Of a stretch of 37,640 bases of DNA, positions 8,694 to 18,220 are shown piece after piece. The stretch is from a virus (lineage: Duplodnaviria > Caudoviricetes): positions 1 to 37,640 of the IMG/VR virus record IMGVR_UViG_3300020045_007473; one strand, given 5' to 3'. The notes below the pieces were generated by a model that saw nothing but the letters and a program-made list of their open reading frames with translations, ran no database searches and was not told where the DNA came from. A program made the position numbers and the translations under genes. Positions within the stretch are counted from its first letter, which is position 1. Every line of letters begins with the position of its first letter.

Positions 8694-9290
8694 TACGTGG
8701 AATTTATTTTGCAAATAGGATCACGAGTTTACAACAAGAAACTTTTATCCAGTGAAGAAAAGCAATACATCAAAAAAGTTTATTATCAATACACAGGAGT
8801 TCGCATTGCGGATAACTGCGGAAACTGTTACATCACAGCCTATCAATATTTTTTAAACTATAAAACCAATAAAATGGAAAACTTAAAATTCAAACTCAAA
8901 CAAGGAAAGAAAATCATGCTTCATGGAATGTCAGACGTGTTGACAAATGGAAACCTGACAAACGAGAAAGCGATTGCAGTGTTGCGTAGAATTCCTGCTG
9001 CGATTAAATTCTTTGAAGTATTCCCTGCTGACTGGCGAACTATGATCAGCGCGAAACCTGTTAAACATGCAAAGGAATTGCATGTCAAGGAAGTTGTAAA
9101 AGAAACCGTTGAAGAAGAACCACAGAGTACTGATAAAATAGATTTAAACGCGATTAGGCGCGATAACTTACAGAGCAAGAACATAACCGAGCTGCGAAAC
9201 TTAGCTGACAACCTTGAGATCCCTGTGAGTCAATACAAGAACTTAAAGAAACCAGAACTGGTTGAACTTTTATTTGAAGCGACAAAATAA
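8691..9290 (+). CDS. hypothetical protein with CxxC and a C-terminal Rho-N/HeH-like domain
   Basis: CGNCY; LQSKNITELRNLADNLEI...KNLKKPELVELL. Confidence 0.6.
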   Translation: MYVEFILQIGSRVYNKKLLSSEEKQYIKKVYYQYTGVRIADNCGNCYITAYQYFLNYKTNKMENLKFKLKQGKKIMLHGMSDVLTNGNLTNEKAIAVLRRIPAAIKFFEVFPADWRTMISAKPVKHAKELHVKEVVKETVEEEPQSTDKIDLNAIRRDNLQSKNITELRNLADNLEIPVSQYKNLKKPELVELLFEATK

Positions 9291-9293
9291 GAA

Positions 9294-10676
9294 GTGAAAG
9301 CAACTGTCACCAAAGTAGAAAAAAGGATTATCGTCAAAGAGCGAAGAGTCGAAGGTATTCTTAGCTATGACACCGACAATAATTATCCGAACAGGGTAAA
9401 AGACATCGTATCAAATTCTGGAATGGGGAAGGCTTGCTTGTTGCTTTACAAAAAGTTTATTTTTGGCAAAGGATTCGAAGATCAGAAACTGGCAGTGCTT
9501 CCAGTTAACCGATGGGGTGATACAGCGAACAAGGTGCTTTCTAAATGTGCGGACAATCTTGCATGGTATGGTGGATTCGCGATTCATGTGAATTACAATG
9601 CCGACTACAAAATCACAGATATAAGCCACATTTCATTCGCAACCATACGCAAAGCAAGCAACGAATCAGAGAATGCTGGAATGTTCGCAGTTCATAAAGA
9701 CTGGGGATTGAAGTACGTCAAGAAAACGGATATCAATTTTATTGATGCTTTCAATCCTGATCCAACAGTTATTCAAGCGCAGGTTGAACGAGCAGGTGGT
9801 TGGAATTCATACAAAGGACAGATCTTTTATTATTCAGGAACAGATGATCAGTATCCACTTACAACTTACGATGCAGTGTTGGAGGATATGCAAACCGACA
9901 GTCAGGCGAAGACCTATAAATTCAGGAACGTAACTACTTCATTCATGGCTTCGCATATTTTGTTCGTGGATAAAATGGAAGCGGATGAAAGTGAAACCAA
10001 CGGTAACGAGAGGAACTTGATGGTAGATGGGATAAAGGATTTTCAAGGTGCGGACGATGCACAAAAAATAATGATCATTGAACGCAGTCATCCAGATCAA
10101 AAATTCGAACTTCAAAAAGTAGATCAGCAGACAGGCGACAAGCAATTCGAGTGGACAGAAAACAGCACTCGTGATAATATCCGTCAAGCATTTTTTATTC
10201 CTTCTGTTTTGATTATGCAAACGGCAGGGAAACTTGGAACAGCCGATGAAATCATTGACGCTACTAAGTACTACAATTCAATCACAGACGATGAACGATT
10301 AACCTTAGAAAGTTCCTTTACATACATATCCACGTTCAGTGATGAATTAAGCGGATATGACTTTACAATCATGGAGCGTGAAGCAATCCGCAAAGAGGAC
10401 ATTCCGCAAAACCTGATGCAAGATTTAACCGTTGACGAGCGTAGAGCATTAATCAACTACGAACCAATTGAAGGAGGAGCAGAACAAACTCTTGCAGAAA
10501 AACTTCAGGTCGGAGGAACGCAATCTTTTATCTCAGTAATCAGTAATCCGACTTTGACAAACGATCAAAAGCGCGGAACATTAAAAGTATTATTCAACCT
10601 AAGTGACGAAGAAATAAATCAGGTAATTCCACAAGAAGATGTCGTTAATAACACTGTCGCAAATCCAGCAGTATAA
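9294..10676 (+). CDS. portal protein
   Basis: YDTDNNYP...FIFGKGF...YGGFAIHVNY...YPL..Y; size and position next to the adaptor. Confidence 0.8.
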   Translation: MKATVTKVEKRIIVKERRVEGILSYDTDNNYPNRVKDIVSNSGMGKACLLLYKKFIFGKGFEDQKLAVLPVNRWGDTANKVLSKCADNLAWYGGFAIHVNYNADYKITDISHISFATIRKASNESENAGMFAVHKDWGLKYVKKTDINFIDAFNPDPTVIQAQVERAGGWNSYKGQIFYYSGTDDQYPLTTYDAVLEDMQTDSQAKTYKFRNVTTSFMASHILFVDKMEADESETNGNERNLMVDGIKDFQGADDAQKIMIIERSHPDQKFELQKVDQQTGDKQFEWTENSTRDNIRQAFFIPSVLIMQTAGKLGTADEIIDATKYYNSITDDERLTLESSFTYISTFSDELSGYDFTIMEREAIRKEDIPQNLMQDLTVDERRALINYEPIEGGAEQTLAEKLQVGGTQSFISVISNPTLTNDQKRGTLKVLFNLSDEEINQVIPQEDVVNNTVANPAV

Positions 10677-11229
10677 ATCCATAACGGATAATCTGAACAC
10701 TGTAAAAAGTTTAGATCCGTACATTCAGGAAGCCGAACAATTTGATTTGCGAGCGTTTCTTGGGGAGGAATTATTTTTAGCACTGGTTGAAGATTACGAA
10801 GCGTCACCGTCACTGGCGACTGCTATCTATGCTGATCTTTACAACGGTAAGACATACACTTACAGCGGACGCACGTATAAACACGAAGGACTCGTTCCAG
10901 TGTTGGCATACTACACCTTCGCGCGATTCGCAGCAATGTCAGGAACACATTCAACGAAACATGGATTCGTAACTAAGCAAACAGATTTCAGTGAACCTGC
11001 ATCAGAAAAAACAATAGCACGTATGATCGGACAGGCAAAGAGTTCCGCAATGGTTTATCAGGACAGAGTCAGGTTGTTTCTTAGTCACAATTCAGAATCA
11101 TATCCTTTGTGGCATGGATCAGGAAAGCGCACCAAAGGACAACTGAAAATAATTCCAGTAGGAGGAAACAGCGCACCAAAATTTTATGATGATTGCTGTG
11201 ATGGTGATGTAACAATAATTCAAAGTTGA
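10639..11229 (+). CDS. head-tail adaptor-like protein (DUF6712-like)
   Basis: PYIQEAEQFDLRAFLGEELF...GLVPVLAYYTFARF...YPLW. Confidence 0.6.
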   Translation: MSLITLSQIQQYKSITDNLNTVKSLDPYIQEAEQFDLRAFLGEELFLALVEDYEASPSLATAIYADLYNGKTYTYSGRTYKHEGLVPVLAYYTFARFAAMSGTHSTKHGFVTKQTDFSEPASEKTIARMIGQAKSSAMVYQDRVRLFLSHNSESYPLWHGSGKRTKGQLKIIPVGGNSAPKFYDDCCDGDVTIIQS

Positions 11230-11277
11230 AAACCAAATTAAACTCAAATAAATATTAACCTTAAAACAAAATTCAAA

Positions 11278-11997
11278 ATGAAAACTAAAATTTTATTTCT
11301 ATTGACAATGTTATTCCTTTCAGCAGGAATAATTCAAGGACAAGTAAGTCAATCCGATTTCGATGTTGAAATCAAAGATGTTGGATCAGGACTATCAGTT
11401 AAAGTTATTAAAGCAAAACCATGTGGATTCACCTATACTTTTACAGTAGGGATTTATCAGAAGTTCGGTGAAGTAGCAAATCTTTGGGTTGATGGTGCAG
11501 GATGGGAAGGACAAGAAAGCATTGGAACTATCTTAGCTGCGCATCCTACATGGAACTTCTATGGGCAAGATGCTCGCGGATATTGTCAATCATTTTACAG
11601 CACAGGAACAAGGACTGGAGATTTTGTTAATGGCTATTACAAACGATACAGAGTATTCAGCGGAGGCATTATGGTATTCTACAATGTAACATTGGGACAG
11701 GAGTTCATTATTCCGTATAACGATTATCAATTTAATTATTTAGACGCGAACAATGCAGCCTATCCGATAGATATGGGATTTGGCGCAGGCATTTTAACTG
11801 ATGGTGCTGTGCATGAAATATCGGCTGTTTTCAATGGTTGTTGGGATGCAACAGGGAAATCTATTGCAGTCACCAAGTCAATTCAAATTCCTTCCGCACC
11901 ATATCAGAGGTATAATTGCACCGATGTCGTATTGCAAGCTACCGAGCCTGCTCCTGCTCCGACACAAAAAAAAAGCACTGGCAAACCAAACAAGTAA
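11278..11997 (+). CDS. secreted beta-rich hypothetical protein
   Basis: Signal peptide MKTKILFLLTMLFLSAGIIQG; Pro/Lys-rich tail. Confidence 0.7.
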   Translation: MKTKILFLLTMLFLSAGIIQGQVSQSDFDVEIKDVGSGLSVKVIKAKPCGFTYTFTVGIYQKFGEVANLWVDGAGWEGQESIGTILAAHPTWNFYGQDARGYCQSFYSTGTRTGDFVNGYYKRYRVFSGGIMVFYNVTLGQEFIIPYNDYQFNYLDANNAAYPIDMGFGAGILTDGAVHEISAVFNGCWDATGKSIAVTKSIQIPSAPYQRYNCTDVVLQATEPAPAPTQKKSTGKPNK

Positions 11998-12021
11998 AAA
12001 GACGAAACTAAAACTCTCTTA

Positions 12022-12294
12022 ATGTATATGACGCCACAAAAGAAAAGTCAATTGAATTCAATTTCTACATTCGTGTTTAGAACTTTGATGACGCTGATCC
12101 TTGCAGGTGTTTACAACAAGACAGTCGCGATACTTGAAAAGATTGACAGCACACAAACGAAGGTTGAAATCCACGAACATAGAATCAGCAATACCGAACG
12201 TGAGATTGTAGAGTTGAAATCAAACCTGAACGACAACATGAAAAAAGATGCAGATGAACATTCACGTTTATTCAATATAGTTTATGCTCGATGA
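12022..12294 (+). CDS. membrane-anchored coiled-coil protein (lysis region)
   Basis: Hydrophobic helix followed by heptads. Confidence 0.55.
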   Translation: MYMTPQKKSQLNSISTFVFRTLMTLILAGVYNKTVAILEKIDSTQTKVEIHEHRISNTEREIVELKSNLNDNMKKDADEHSRLFNIVYAR

Positions 12295-12354
12295 ATCAAG
12301 TAGAATTTTAATCGCTGCAAATGTATTGATAATATCATTAACGATACTGCCCAC

Positions 12355-12600
12355 ATGAAAGATTTCAAACTATCACTAAGTAATGTCATTGGAATAATCT
12401 TTTGGGCTTGTTCAATGGCAGGACTTTACTACACCATGAAGGCTGAAATAAATTCTTTGAAAGTTCAGTCAGAAGAAACGAAAACAAAACTGGAGCGATA
12501 CGATTTGAAATTACTGGATTACAAATTAACAACACTTGAAACGCAATTAAAAGCAATCAATGAAAAGGCTGATCGTATTACTGTTTTGCTTGACCGTTAA
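12355..12600 (+). CDS. membrane-anchored coiled-coil protein (lysis region)
   Basis: TM helix VIGIIFWACSMAGLYY followed by coiled coil. Confidence 0.6.
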   Translation: MKDFKLSLSNVIGIIFWACSMAGLYYTMKAEINSLKVQSEETKTKLERYDLKLLDYKLTTLETQLKAINEKADRITVLLDR

Positions 12601-12736
12601 GTTAAATGCAGCAGATAAAGATTCGTTGACTGTGGATTCGTGTAGGGTTAAATTGAAGATGCTTCAAGACTCCACAAAAGCAGTGAATAATAAATTTGAG
12701 CAAATAGAATTAAAACTAAAAACCAAAACAAAATGA
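12560..12736 (+). CDS. 58-aa signal-peptide protein missed by the ORF track
   Basis: MKRLIVLLFCLTVKLNAADKDSLTVDSCRVKLKMLQDSTKAVNNKFEQIELKLKTKTK; stop overlaps the next ATG (ATGA) and it fills the gap. Confidence 0.65.
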   Translation: MKRLIVLLFCLTVKLNAADKDSLTVDSCRVKLKMLQDSTKAVNNKFEQIELKLKTKTK

Positions 12737-13002
12737 ACAAAGAACTCATTATCGCAGTGGCTCTTGGAGCACTTATTTATTTCTTAATGGAATTTCGTTC
12801 AAAGCGGATTCAAGGATTCAGCGTATGGTATTGGATCAAAGACAACTGGTATAACGTAGTCCTGACATGCTTAATCATGTACGCACTTGTTTATATCGGA
12901 TACGTGACAGACAGAGTCGCAGCGTTGTTGCTCGGATATTCCGCGAATGGAATTATAGATCGCTTTCAGGACATCATGTCAAGTAAAAAAATCGGATCAT
13001 GA
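12733..13002 (+). CDS. putative holin
   Basis: 89 aa with 2-3 hydrophobic helices and a basic C-terminus, upstream of the lysin. Confidence 0.6.
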   Translation: MNKELIIAVALGALIYFLMEFRSKRIQGFSVWYWIKDNWYNVVLTCLIMYALVYIGYVTDRVAALLLGYSANGIIDRFQDIMSSKKIGS

Positions 13003-13217
13003 ATAGCTTTGTAAGGCATTGCAGATTTCAACCGTACAAATCCAAGAAGAATGGATTATGGTATTGGAGGCTGATCGCACGTAACGGAAAGAAGATTGCA
13101 ACTGGCAACGAAAGTTTCAAGCGCAGACCTACCGAAAGGGATATGATGAAATTGCTTAACAACTTAGCAAACGCGAGATATGATTATATCCCTAAAAAGA
13201 AATCCAACAGTAAATGA
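12999..13217 (+). CDS. YegP/DUF1508-family protein
   Basis: YKSKKNGLWYWRLIARNGKKIATGNESF. Confidence 0.75.
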   Translation: MNSFVRHCRFQPYKSKKNGLWYWRLIARNGKKIATGNESFKRRPTERDMMKLLNNLANARYDYIPKKKSNSK

Positions 13218-13566
13218 AGCCACATTAGGCTCACTTACATTTGGTGATTTTACCTGTGATACACTGGAGGACGCTGTTCGCGAAACTAAGATAGCAGCAA
13301 AGACAGCCATTCCAGCAGGTGAATATGAAATCGTAATCAGTTATTCCAATAGGTTCAAGAAACTCTTACCGCTTCTTTTAAGCGTCCCAAATTTTGAAGG
13401 GGTAAGAATACACAGCGGAAATACGATAGATCATACAGAGGGCTGTATTCTCTTGGGAAGACGATCAGGCGACACAGTAGTTAATAGCCGAATGGCTGTG
13501 AATCTATTCATGCAGAAACTGAATCAGGCAATTAAGAAGGAGAAGGTTTACATCCATATCCAATGA
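13180..13566 (+). CDS. DUF5675-family putative endolysin
   Basis: TLG.L...CDTLED...TAIPAGEY...VPNFEGVRIHSGNT...TEGCILLG. Confidence 0.8.
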   Translation: MIISLKRNPTVNEATLGSLTFGDFTCDTLEDAVRETKIAAKTAIPAGEYEIVISYSNRFKKLLPLLLSVPNFEGVRIHSGNTIDHTEGCILLGRRSGDTVVNSRMAVNLFMQKLNQAIKKEKVYIHIQ

Positions 13567-13567
13567 T

Positions 13568-14137
13568 ATGACTAACGTCATTAAGAATGTAGCTTTGTGG
13601 ATTGCCATTGCTCTTGGATTGTTTATTCTGTGGAATGAATTTAAGAAAGTTCCAACCGTTCCCGATACCATTGTCAACAATTACTTTTACGATACCACAA
13701 ATCACCAAGGAAGTAAACTGGTAAACTCCCAACCGATTTACATTTCAACACCTGTGATTCCGCAAATGGATAGCGCAGCCATGAGGCGAATAGTGGAGCA
13801 GTACTTTTCAACCTACTTTCAGCAAGACACCATATCCGATGATTCACTTCAGGTAGTGATATCCGATAGCCTGAATCAGAATAAAGTGTTTCACAGAAAA
13901 TGGAATTACAAATTCAAATTCCCAGTACTGAAAGAAAGTGTAATCACCATACATGAACCAGTCAAGAATAAATTTTATGTCGGAGGTATGTTAACAGCAT
14001 CAAGTGAAGCAGGGTTCTCACCTACGCTGATGATGCAAAACAAAAAAGAAAACATCTTCACACTTGGAACTGATCTGTTGAAAGGTGAAAGGAATGTTCA
14101 GGTCGGATACTTTGTTAAGTTGAGAATAAAAAAATAG
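13568..14137 (+). CDS. membrane-anchored spanin-like protein
   Basis: N-terminal TM helix, C-terminal amphipathic beta strands ending VGYFVKL; directly after the lysin. Confidence 0.5.
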   Translation: MTNVIKNVALWIAIALGLFILWNEFKKVPTVPDTIVNNYFYDTTNHQGSKLVNSQPIYISTPVIPQMDSAAMRRIVEQYFSTYFQQDTISDDSLQVVISDSLNQNKVFHRKWNYKFKFPVLKESVITIHEPVKNKFYVGGMLTASSEAGFSPTLMMQNKKENIFTLGTDLLKGERNVQVGYFVKLRIKK

Positions 14138-14139
14138 TT

Positions 14140-14154
14140 TTTACATATTGTAAT
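14140..14154. promoter_or_regulatory. palindromic operator copy 1
   Basis: TTTACA-TAT-TGTAAT, upstream of the HTH gene. Confidence 0.55.
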
Positions 14155-14175
14155 ATTTTTTATTACTTTTACATT

Positions 14176-14358
14176 ATGAAAACTGAAAACATCGGAACAG
14201 GAAAACACCTGCGCAAAATTACAAAGCCACGAATCACAAAAGAAAAACTCGCGAAGCTACTAAGCATCTCGCGACCTACGCTATACAAGAAAATAAAGGA
14301 GGATGATTTCACTTTTACGGAAATCCAGATCATGAGGAAACACCGTTTTCTGAACTAA
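14176..14358 (+). CDS. Cro/Fis-like HTH DNA-binding protein
   Basis: TKEKLAKLLSISRPTLYKKI. Confidence 0.8.
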   Translation: MKTENIGTGKHLRKITKPRITKEKLAKLLSISRPTLYKKIKEDDFTFTEIQIMRKHRFLN

Positions 14359-14404
14359 AAAATGTCCAAACAAAAACCATGCTACAGTAAATAATGGAAT
14401 TGAT

Positions 14405-14417
14405 TATCAAGCAGTTA
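14405..14417 (+). promoter_or_regulatory. IHF-consensus-like site
   Basis: TATCAAGCAGTTA matches WATCAANNNNTTR exactly; intergenic. Confidence 0.4.
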
Positions 14418-14428
14418 GCTAAATATTA

Positions 14429-14443
14429 TTTACACTTTGTAAA
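14429..14443. promoter_or_regulatory. palindromic operator copy 2
   Basis: TTTACA-CTT-TGTAAA. Confidence 0.6.
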
Positions 14444-14448
14444 AGGTA

Positions 14449-14721
14449 TTGTTATTTGATATACTATTACAGAATAATTCAAAACCAATGGCAAACTTAA
14501 TATTTATAACTTACGATAAGAACAGCAATAAAAGAGAATTGCTTGTTTATTACAGTACATGTGGTGAAAATGAATATCCTGATTTGCAAGGAATATTTTT
14601 TAAAGGTCGTAGAGTAAATCGTTTTTTATCTGATGAATTAATTCAGGAAATTCACAAGCACGTGACCGAAATTGACGAACGCTATTATGAAATCATAAAA
14701 GAAGAAAATCATGGGTATTAA
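14449..14721 (+). CDS. hypothetical protein (start probably ATG 14488)
   Basis: ORF in early-gene run, overlapping the next gene. Confidence 0.55.
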   Translation: MLFDILLQNNSKPMANLIFITYDKNSNKRELLVYYSTCGENEYPDLQGIFFKGRRVNRFLSDELIQEIHKHVTEIDERYYEIIKEENHGY

Positions 14722-14977
14722 AATCGGAACAAAAGAAGTAAGTCTTTCTTTTATCAGAGAGATTCAGGAAGCGGAGTTGGACGTTCAGTTTAAGAACCGC
14801 GCGAAGGTTCAGAACATGGAATTGAATCGGGAGTATAATTCACAGTTGAAATATTTAGAAGATCGAATTATCACAAGCTGCGAGAGAATGAGATTACTTG
14901 ATGAACTTATTCAAAACTATGCAGAAAATCAGAACGTAGGATCGGCAGAAGATATTAGTAATAAACTAACCAAATAA
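14711..14977 (+). CDS. hypothetical protein
   Basis: ORF in early-gene run. Confidence 0.6.
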   Translation: MGIKIGTKEVSLSFIREIQEAELDVQFKNRAKVQNMELNREYNSQLKYLEDRIITSCERMRLLDELIQNYAENQNVGSAEDISNKLTK

Positions 14978-14992
14978 ATAAATTAAAAATCA

Positions 14993-15235
14993 ATGGCACA
15001 AAACGAACTTCTTGACGCAAAGTTGCAAGATGCAAGATTATTAGCCTCATCCATGATTGGATATTTAGAAGGTATGGCAAAGAACAATGTTTGCATTAGT
15101 AGATATGCGAAGATGTGTATTTATAAGCATCTCATTGAACAAAACAAAAGGTATCCAATTACATGTTCTGATGAATGGATATTAGAATGGAAATTACAAC
15201 TAAAAAGACTGGAGGCTGAAGATGAAAGTATTTAA
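14993..15235 (+). CDS. hypothetical protein
   Basis: ORF with A-rich leader. Confidence 0.6.
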   Translation: MAQNELLDAKLQDARLLASSMIGYLEGMAKNNVCISRYAKMCIYKHLIEQNKRYPITCSDEWILEWKLQLKRLEAEDESI

Positions 15236-15353
15236 AGACAGGTATGGAAGGTTCATGCGAATCGTGTGGACTGGCATAAATTACATGAGGCTTCAGGATA
15301 ATCATGGAACAAATTACATAATCAAAATTTCTAAACTCCAAGACATATTATGA
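15222..15353 (+). CDS. 43-aa hypothetical protein (not in ORF track)
   Basis: MKVFKDRYGRFMRIVWTGINYMRLQDNHGTNYIIKISKLQDIL; ATGA overlap with the next gene. Confidence 0.55.
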   Translation: MKVFKDRYGRFMRIVWTGINYMRLQDNHGTNYIIKISKLQDIL

Positions 15354-15562
15354 ACTCGCACTTACATACTACTAATGAAGGTAGAGTAACAATCAAGACC
15401 GATCAAAAGACCATTGTCGGGAATGTTTACATGGACAATCACGGACATCTTTGGATGGCTGCTGATGAAGGGGAATTAGATTCACCGAAACCGCTTCCGC
15501 TTAACTTTCGTATTCCAGAATCGCTAATTGATATTTCAAAAAGTTATTTCAAAAACAAATAA
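15350..15562 (+). CDS. hypothetical protein
   Basis: Coupled ORF. Confidence 0.55.
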   Translation: MNSHLHTTNEGRVTIKTDQKTIVGNVYMDNHGHLWMAADEGELDSPKPLPLNFRIPESLIDISKSYFKNK

Positions 15563-15701
15563 TCATGCTCTACACGTATCAAGGGAAGTTCTACATGGGA
15601 ATAACCGAAATCACAGAACAGGAATATTTATCTTACATAAACCAAAAAAAAATAATTATCTTTATTCTAAACTTTAACATTAAATTAAATCTTATTTAAA
15701 A

Positions 15702-16550
15702 ATGGAAAATCAAAATCAAGTTGCGACCACAGCTAAAATGACAGGTCAGCCGAAAACAAAACTAATGATGAACCTAAGCAGTCCAGAGGATGTCATGGAG
15801 TTTTCGTTGCTGCTAAAAAAGTTTATTAAAGATAACAAGCTATCCACTGAAATACAGGGAAAGCAATATGTTCAAGTTGACGGATGGAAGTTCGCAGGAA
15901 TTAACTTTGGAATCATTCCTATTGTTGAGCAGCCAGTAAAAGACAAATCAGAAACGGTCAGCAATGTTTTTTATCAGAAGCGCAAAATAAAGAACTACAA
16001 AAATGAATGGATTGACAAAGACGTTCCAGTGCTGATTGCAGGTAAAGACGTTACGCACGCAATAAAGGAAGATCAGGAATGGACAAAGACCTACACCAAA
16101 GTGACGATCATGCCAGTGTATAAATATTCATGTGAATGTTCGCTTGTCAGAATGAGCGATGGTGTGAAGGTTGGTTACGGATCAGCGATATGTTCCAACA
16201 GTGAATTGTTGAAAATATCTTTTGACGAATACGCTGTTTCCAGTATGGCACAAACAAGGGCAATCAGTAAAGCATTCCGCAACTTACTTGGGTTCATTAT
16301 GCAGGCAGCAGGATTTGAAACTACACCTGCCGAAGAGATGGAAGAAAAGTATGCAAAGAAACCAGAAGAAAACACAGACGAACTAACTGACATTGAGTTC
16401 CAGTTAACATTGTTAAATACCGTTGAAGAACTTGGAAAGTATTTCGAACAGGAAAGTATGAAGAAACACAGGAGTGATCCAAAGGTTATCGCTTTATTCC
16501 ATGCAAGAAAAGTTCAGATTGTTAAACCAGTAAAAAAGGAAACAAAATGA
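15702..16550 (+). CDS. putative single-strand annealing protein (recombinase)
   Basis: YVQVDGW...SMAQTRAISKAFR...TTPAEEM; coupled to an exonuclease. Confidence 0.65.
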   Translation: MENQNQVATTAKMTGQPKTKLMMNLSSPEDVMEFSLLLKKFIKDNKLSTEIQGKQYVQVDGWKFAGINFGIIPIVEQPVKDKSETVSNVFYQKRKIKNYKNEWIDKDVPVLIAGKDVTHAIKEDQEWTKTYTKVTIMPVYKYSCECSLVRMSDGVKVGYGSAICSNSELLKISFDEYAVSSMAQTRAISKAFRNLLGFIMQAAGFETTPAEEMEEKYAKKPEENTDELTDIEFQLTLLNTVEELGKYFEQESMKKHRSDPKVIALFHARKVQIVKPVKKETK

Positions 16551-17389
16551 CTTACAAAGAAATGGCCGACCAGTTAACAGGAATAAAGATAACACCTGAA
16601 TTCTTAAAGACACGTCCGCTTTCATACAGTTCCTTAAAAGCGTTTAAGCGATCGCCATTACATTATCTACACTACCTGACATCAACAAAAGAAAAGACAC
16701 CTGCATTGATCTTTGGAGGGGTTGTGGATGTATTGATATTAACTCCTGATCAGTTTGAACTTAAATATGTAGTTGCGCCTGAAATTAAACGTACAACCAA
16801 AGAAGGTAAGATTCAATGGGATGAGTTAGTTAAGTTGGCAGGAGGCAAAGAAATTATCAGTCAGGAAATGTTTCAGTCTGCATGTAATATTCGGGATGCT
16901 GTAATGGAAAACAAAAAGTCAAGGGAAATTATTGATCAGGTTGGGACAGTTCAAAGAAAAATCAACTGGGATTCAGACGACCTTCCACATGTAATGTTCA
17001 GCGACATGGATAGCACTGAAGGGAATTTTATCTGCGATTTAAAAAGCGCAGCATCAGCCGAGCCTGAAGAGTTTCAGCGATCAGCATTTAACTTTGGCTA
17101 TCATATTCAGGCAGCTTTGTATCTGGAAGCATTCAGAAAGAAAATGTTTAGATTTCCTCGTTTTATTTTTATGGTTGTTGAGAAAGAACCTCCATATTCA
17201 GTAGCTGTATTTGATAAAATTTCAGAATCATTCTTTAAGTTAGGCATGCAGGAAATAGACACCCTTAGAACACAGTTTAAATATTGCATGGAGAATGATT
17301 TGTTCATGAAAAGCTACGATATAAACACAGTGGATGGAGGGCTTATACTTGATCTCCCAGGATATGCACGTCAGAAAATACAGGATTAA
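16547..17389 (+). CDS. PD-(D/E)XK exonuclease (DUF3799/RecE-like)
   Basis: LSYSSLK...SPLHY...ICDLKS...YHIQAALY...VVEKEPPY. Confidence 0.85.
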   Translation: MTYKEMADQLTGIKITPEFLKTRPLSYSSLKAFKRSPLHYLHYLTSTKEKTPALIFGGVVDVLILTPDQFELKYVVAPEIKRTTKEGKIQWDELVKLAGGKEIISQEMFQSACNIRDAVMENKKSREIIDQVGTVQRKINWDSDDLPHVMFSDMDSTEGNFICDLKSAASAEPEEFQRSAFNFGYHIQAALYLEAFRKKMFRFPRFIFMVVEKEPPYSVAVFDKISESFFKLGMQEIDTLRTQFKYCMENDLFMKSYDINTVDGGLILDLPGYARQKIQD

Positions 17390-17398
17390 ACCTATTTT

Positions 17399-17824
17399 AT
17401 GAAACAAGAATACATATCAACAGTGAAGGAAGGTAAACTTCAGATGAATGTATCTAAAATGATCGCTCATATTCTTTCTAAGTTTGAAGGAAAACGAGTA
17501 ATCATAACAATTGAGAAGCTATCCTCAAAAAGAAGTTCACAACAAAACAGGTTACTTCACATGCACATCGGAATCTTAGCAAAAGAGTTTGGATTTACAT
17601 TAGAGGAAATGAAATCAGCTTTGAAGACTAAGTTCCTAATAACTGATAAAGTATGTGAAAAAACAGGAGAGATAATGCAGTACATAAAAGATACTTCGGC
17701 ATTAAGTAAAGATGAGTTTTCAGAATTTATAGAAAGAGTAATTCAGTTTGGCGCAGAATACGGAGTAATACTTCCTTTGCCTGATGACTTGTTGGAAAAC
17801 GAACACGTGAGTGTTAATAAATAA
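17399..17824 (+). CDS. NinB-like recombination accessory protein
   Basis: KRSSQQNRLLH...TSALSKDEFSEFIERV...GVILPLP. Confidence 0.65.
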   Translation: MKQEYISTVKEGKLQMNVSKMIAHILSKFEGKRVIITIEKLSSKRSSQQNRLLHMHIGILAKEFGFTLEEMKSALKTKFLITDKVCEKTGEIMQYIKDTSALSKDEFSEFIERVIQFGAEYGVILPLPDDLLENEHVSVNK

Positions 17825-17827
17825 ATA

Positions 17828-17868
17828 TTTACATTGTGTAAAACTTAAATAAAAATATATTACATTTG
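17828..17868 (+). promoter_or_regulatory. operator copy 3 plus -7 promoter box
   Basis: TTTACA-TTG-TGTAAA at 17828-17842 and TACATTTG at 17861-17868. Confidence 0.6.
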
Positions 17869-17884
17869 ACAAAAATAAAAACCA

Positions 17885-18217
17885 ATGGCAAAATTTAGAA
17901 CAACTTTCGGAAAGGTAAAAGAACTACTCATGTCGGATATTAAATATCAGGACAGCGATGAGAAACTGGTTGTCAGAATATGGTATGACGAACTTGACGC
18001 GATGGGATACGACAGTAAAGTTATTACAACAGTAGAGTTCTTTCGTATCTACATCGCAGGTAAATTAACAACAGCGGACATCATCACGCGAGCGCGAAGA
18101 AAGTGCAATGAAGAATATCCGTTTACTCGAGGGAGGAGTTACAATGGAAGAATGAAAAATCAAAAAGAAATAATTTCACAGGTAAAAGAATTATCTAATA
18201 TAAACGGAAAGAATTAA
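17885..18217 (+). CDS. hypothetical protein
   Basis: 110-aa ORF with A-rich leader. Confidence 0.65.
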   Translation: MAKFRTTFGKVKELLMSDIKYQDSDEKLVVRIWYDELDAMGYDSKVITTVEFFRIYIAGKLTTADIITRARRKCNEEYPFTRGRSYNGRMKNQKEIISQVKELSNINGKN

Positions 18218-18220
18218 TAC

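Noticed and set aside
12320-12332. 13-mer matching the reverse complement of 24871-24883
   Set aside because: AT-rich, imperfect IHF consensus and without supporting context; may be chance.
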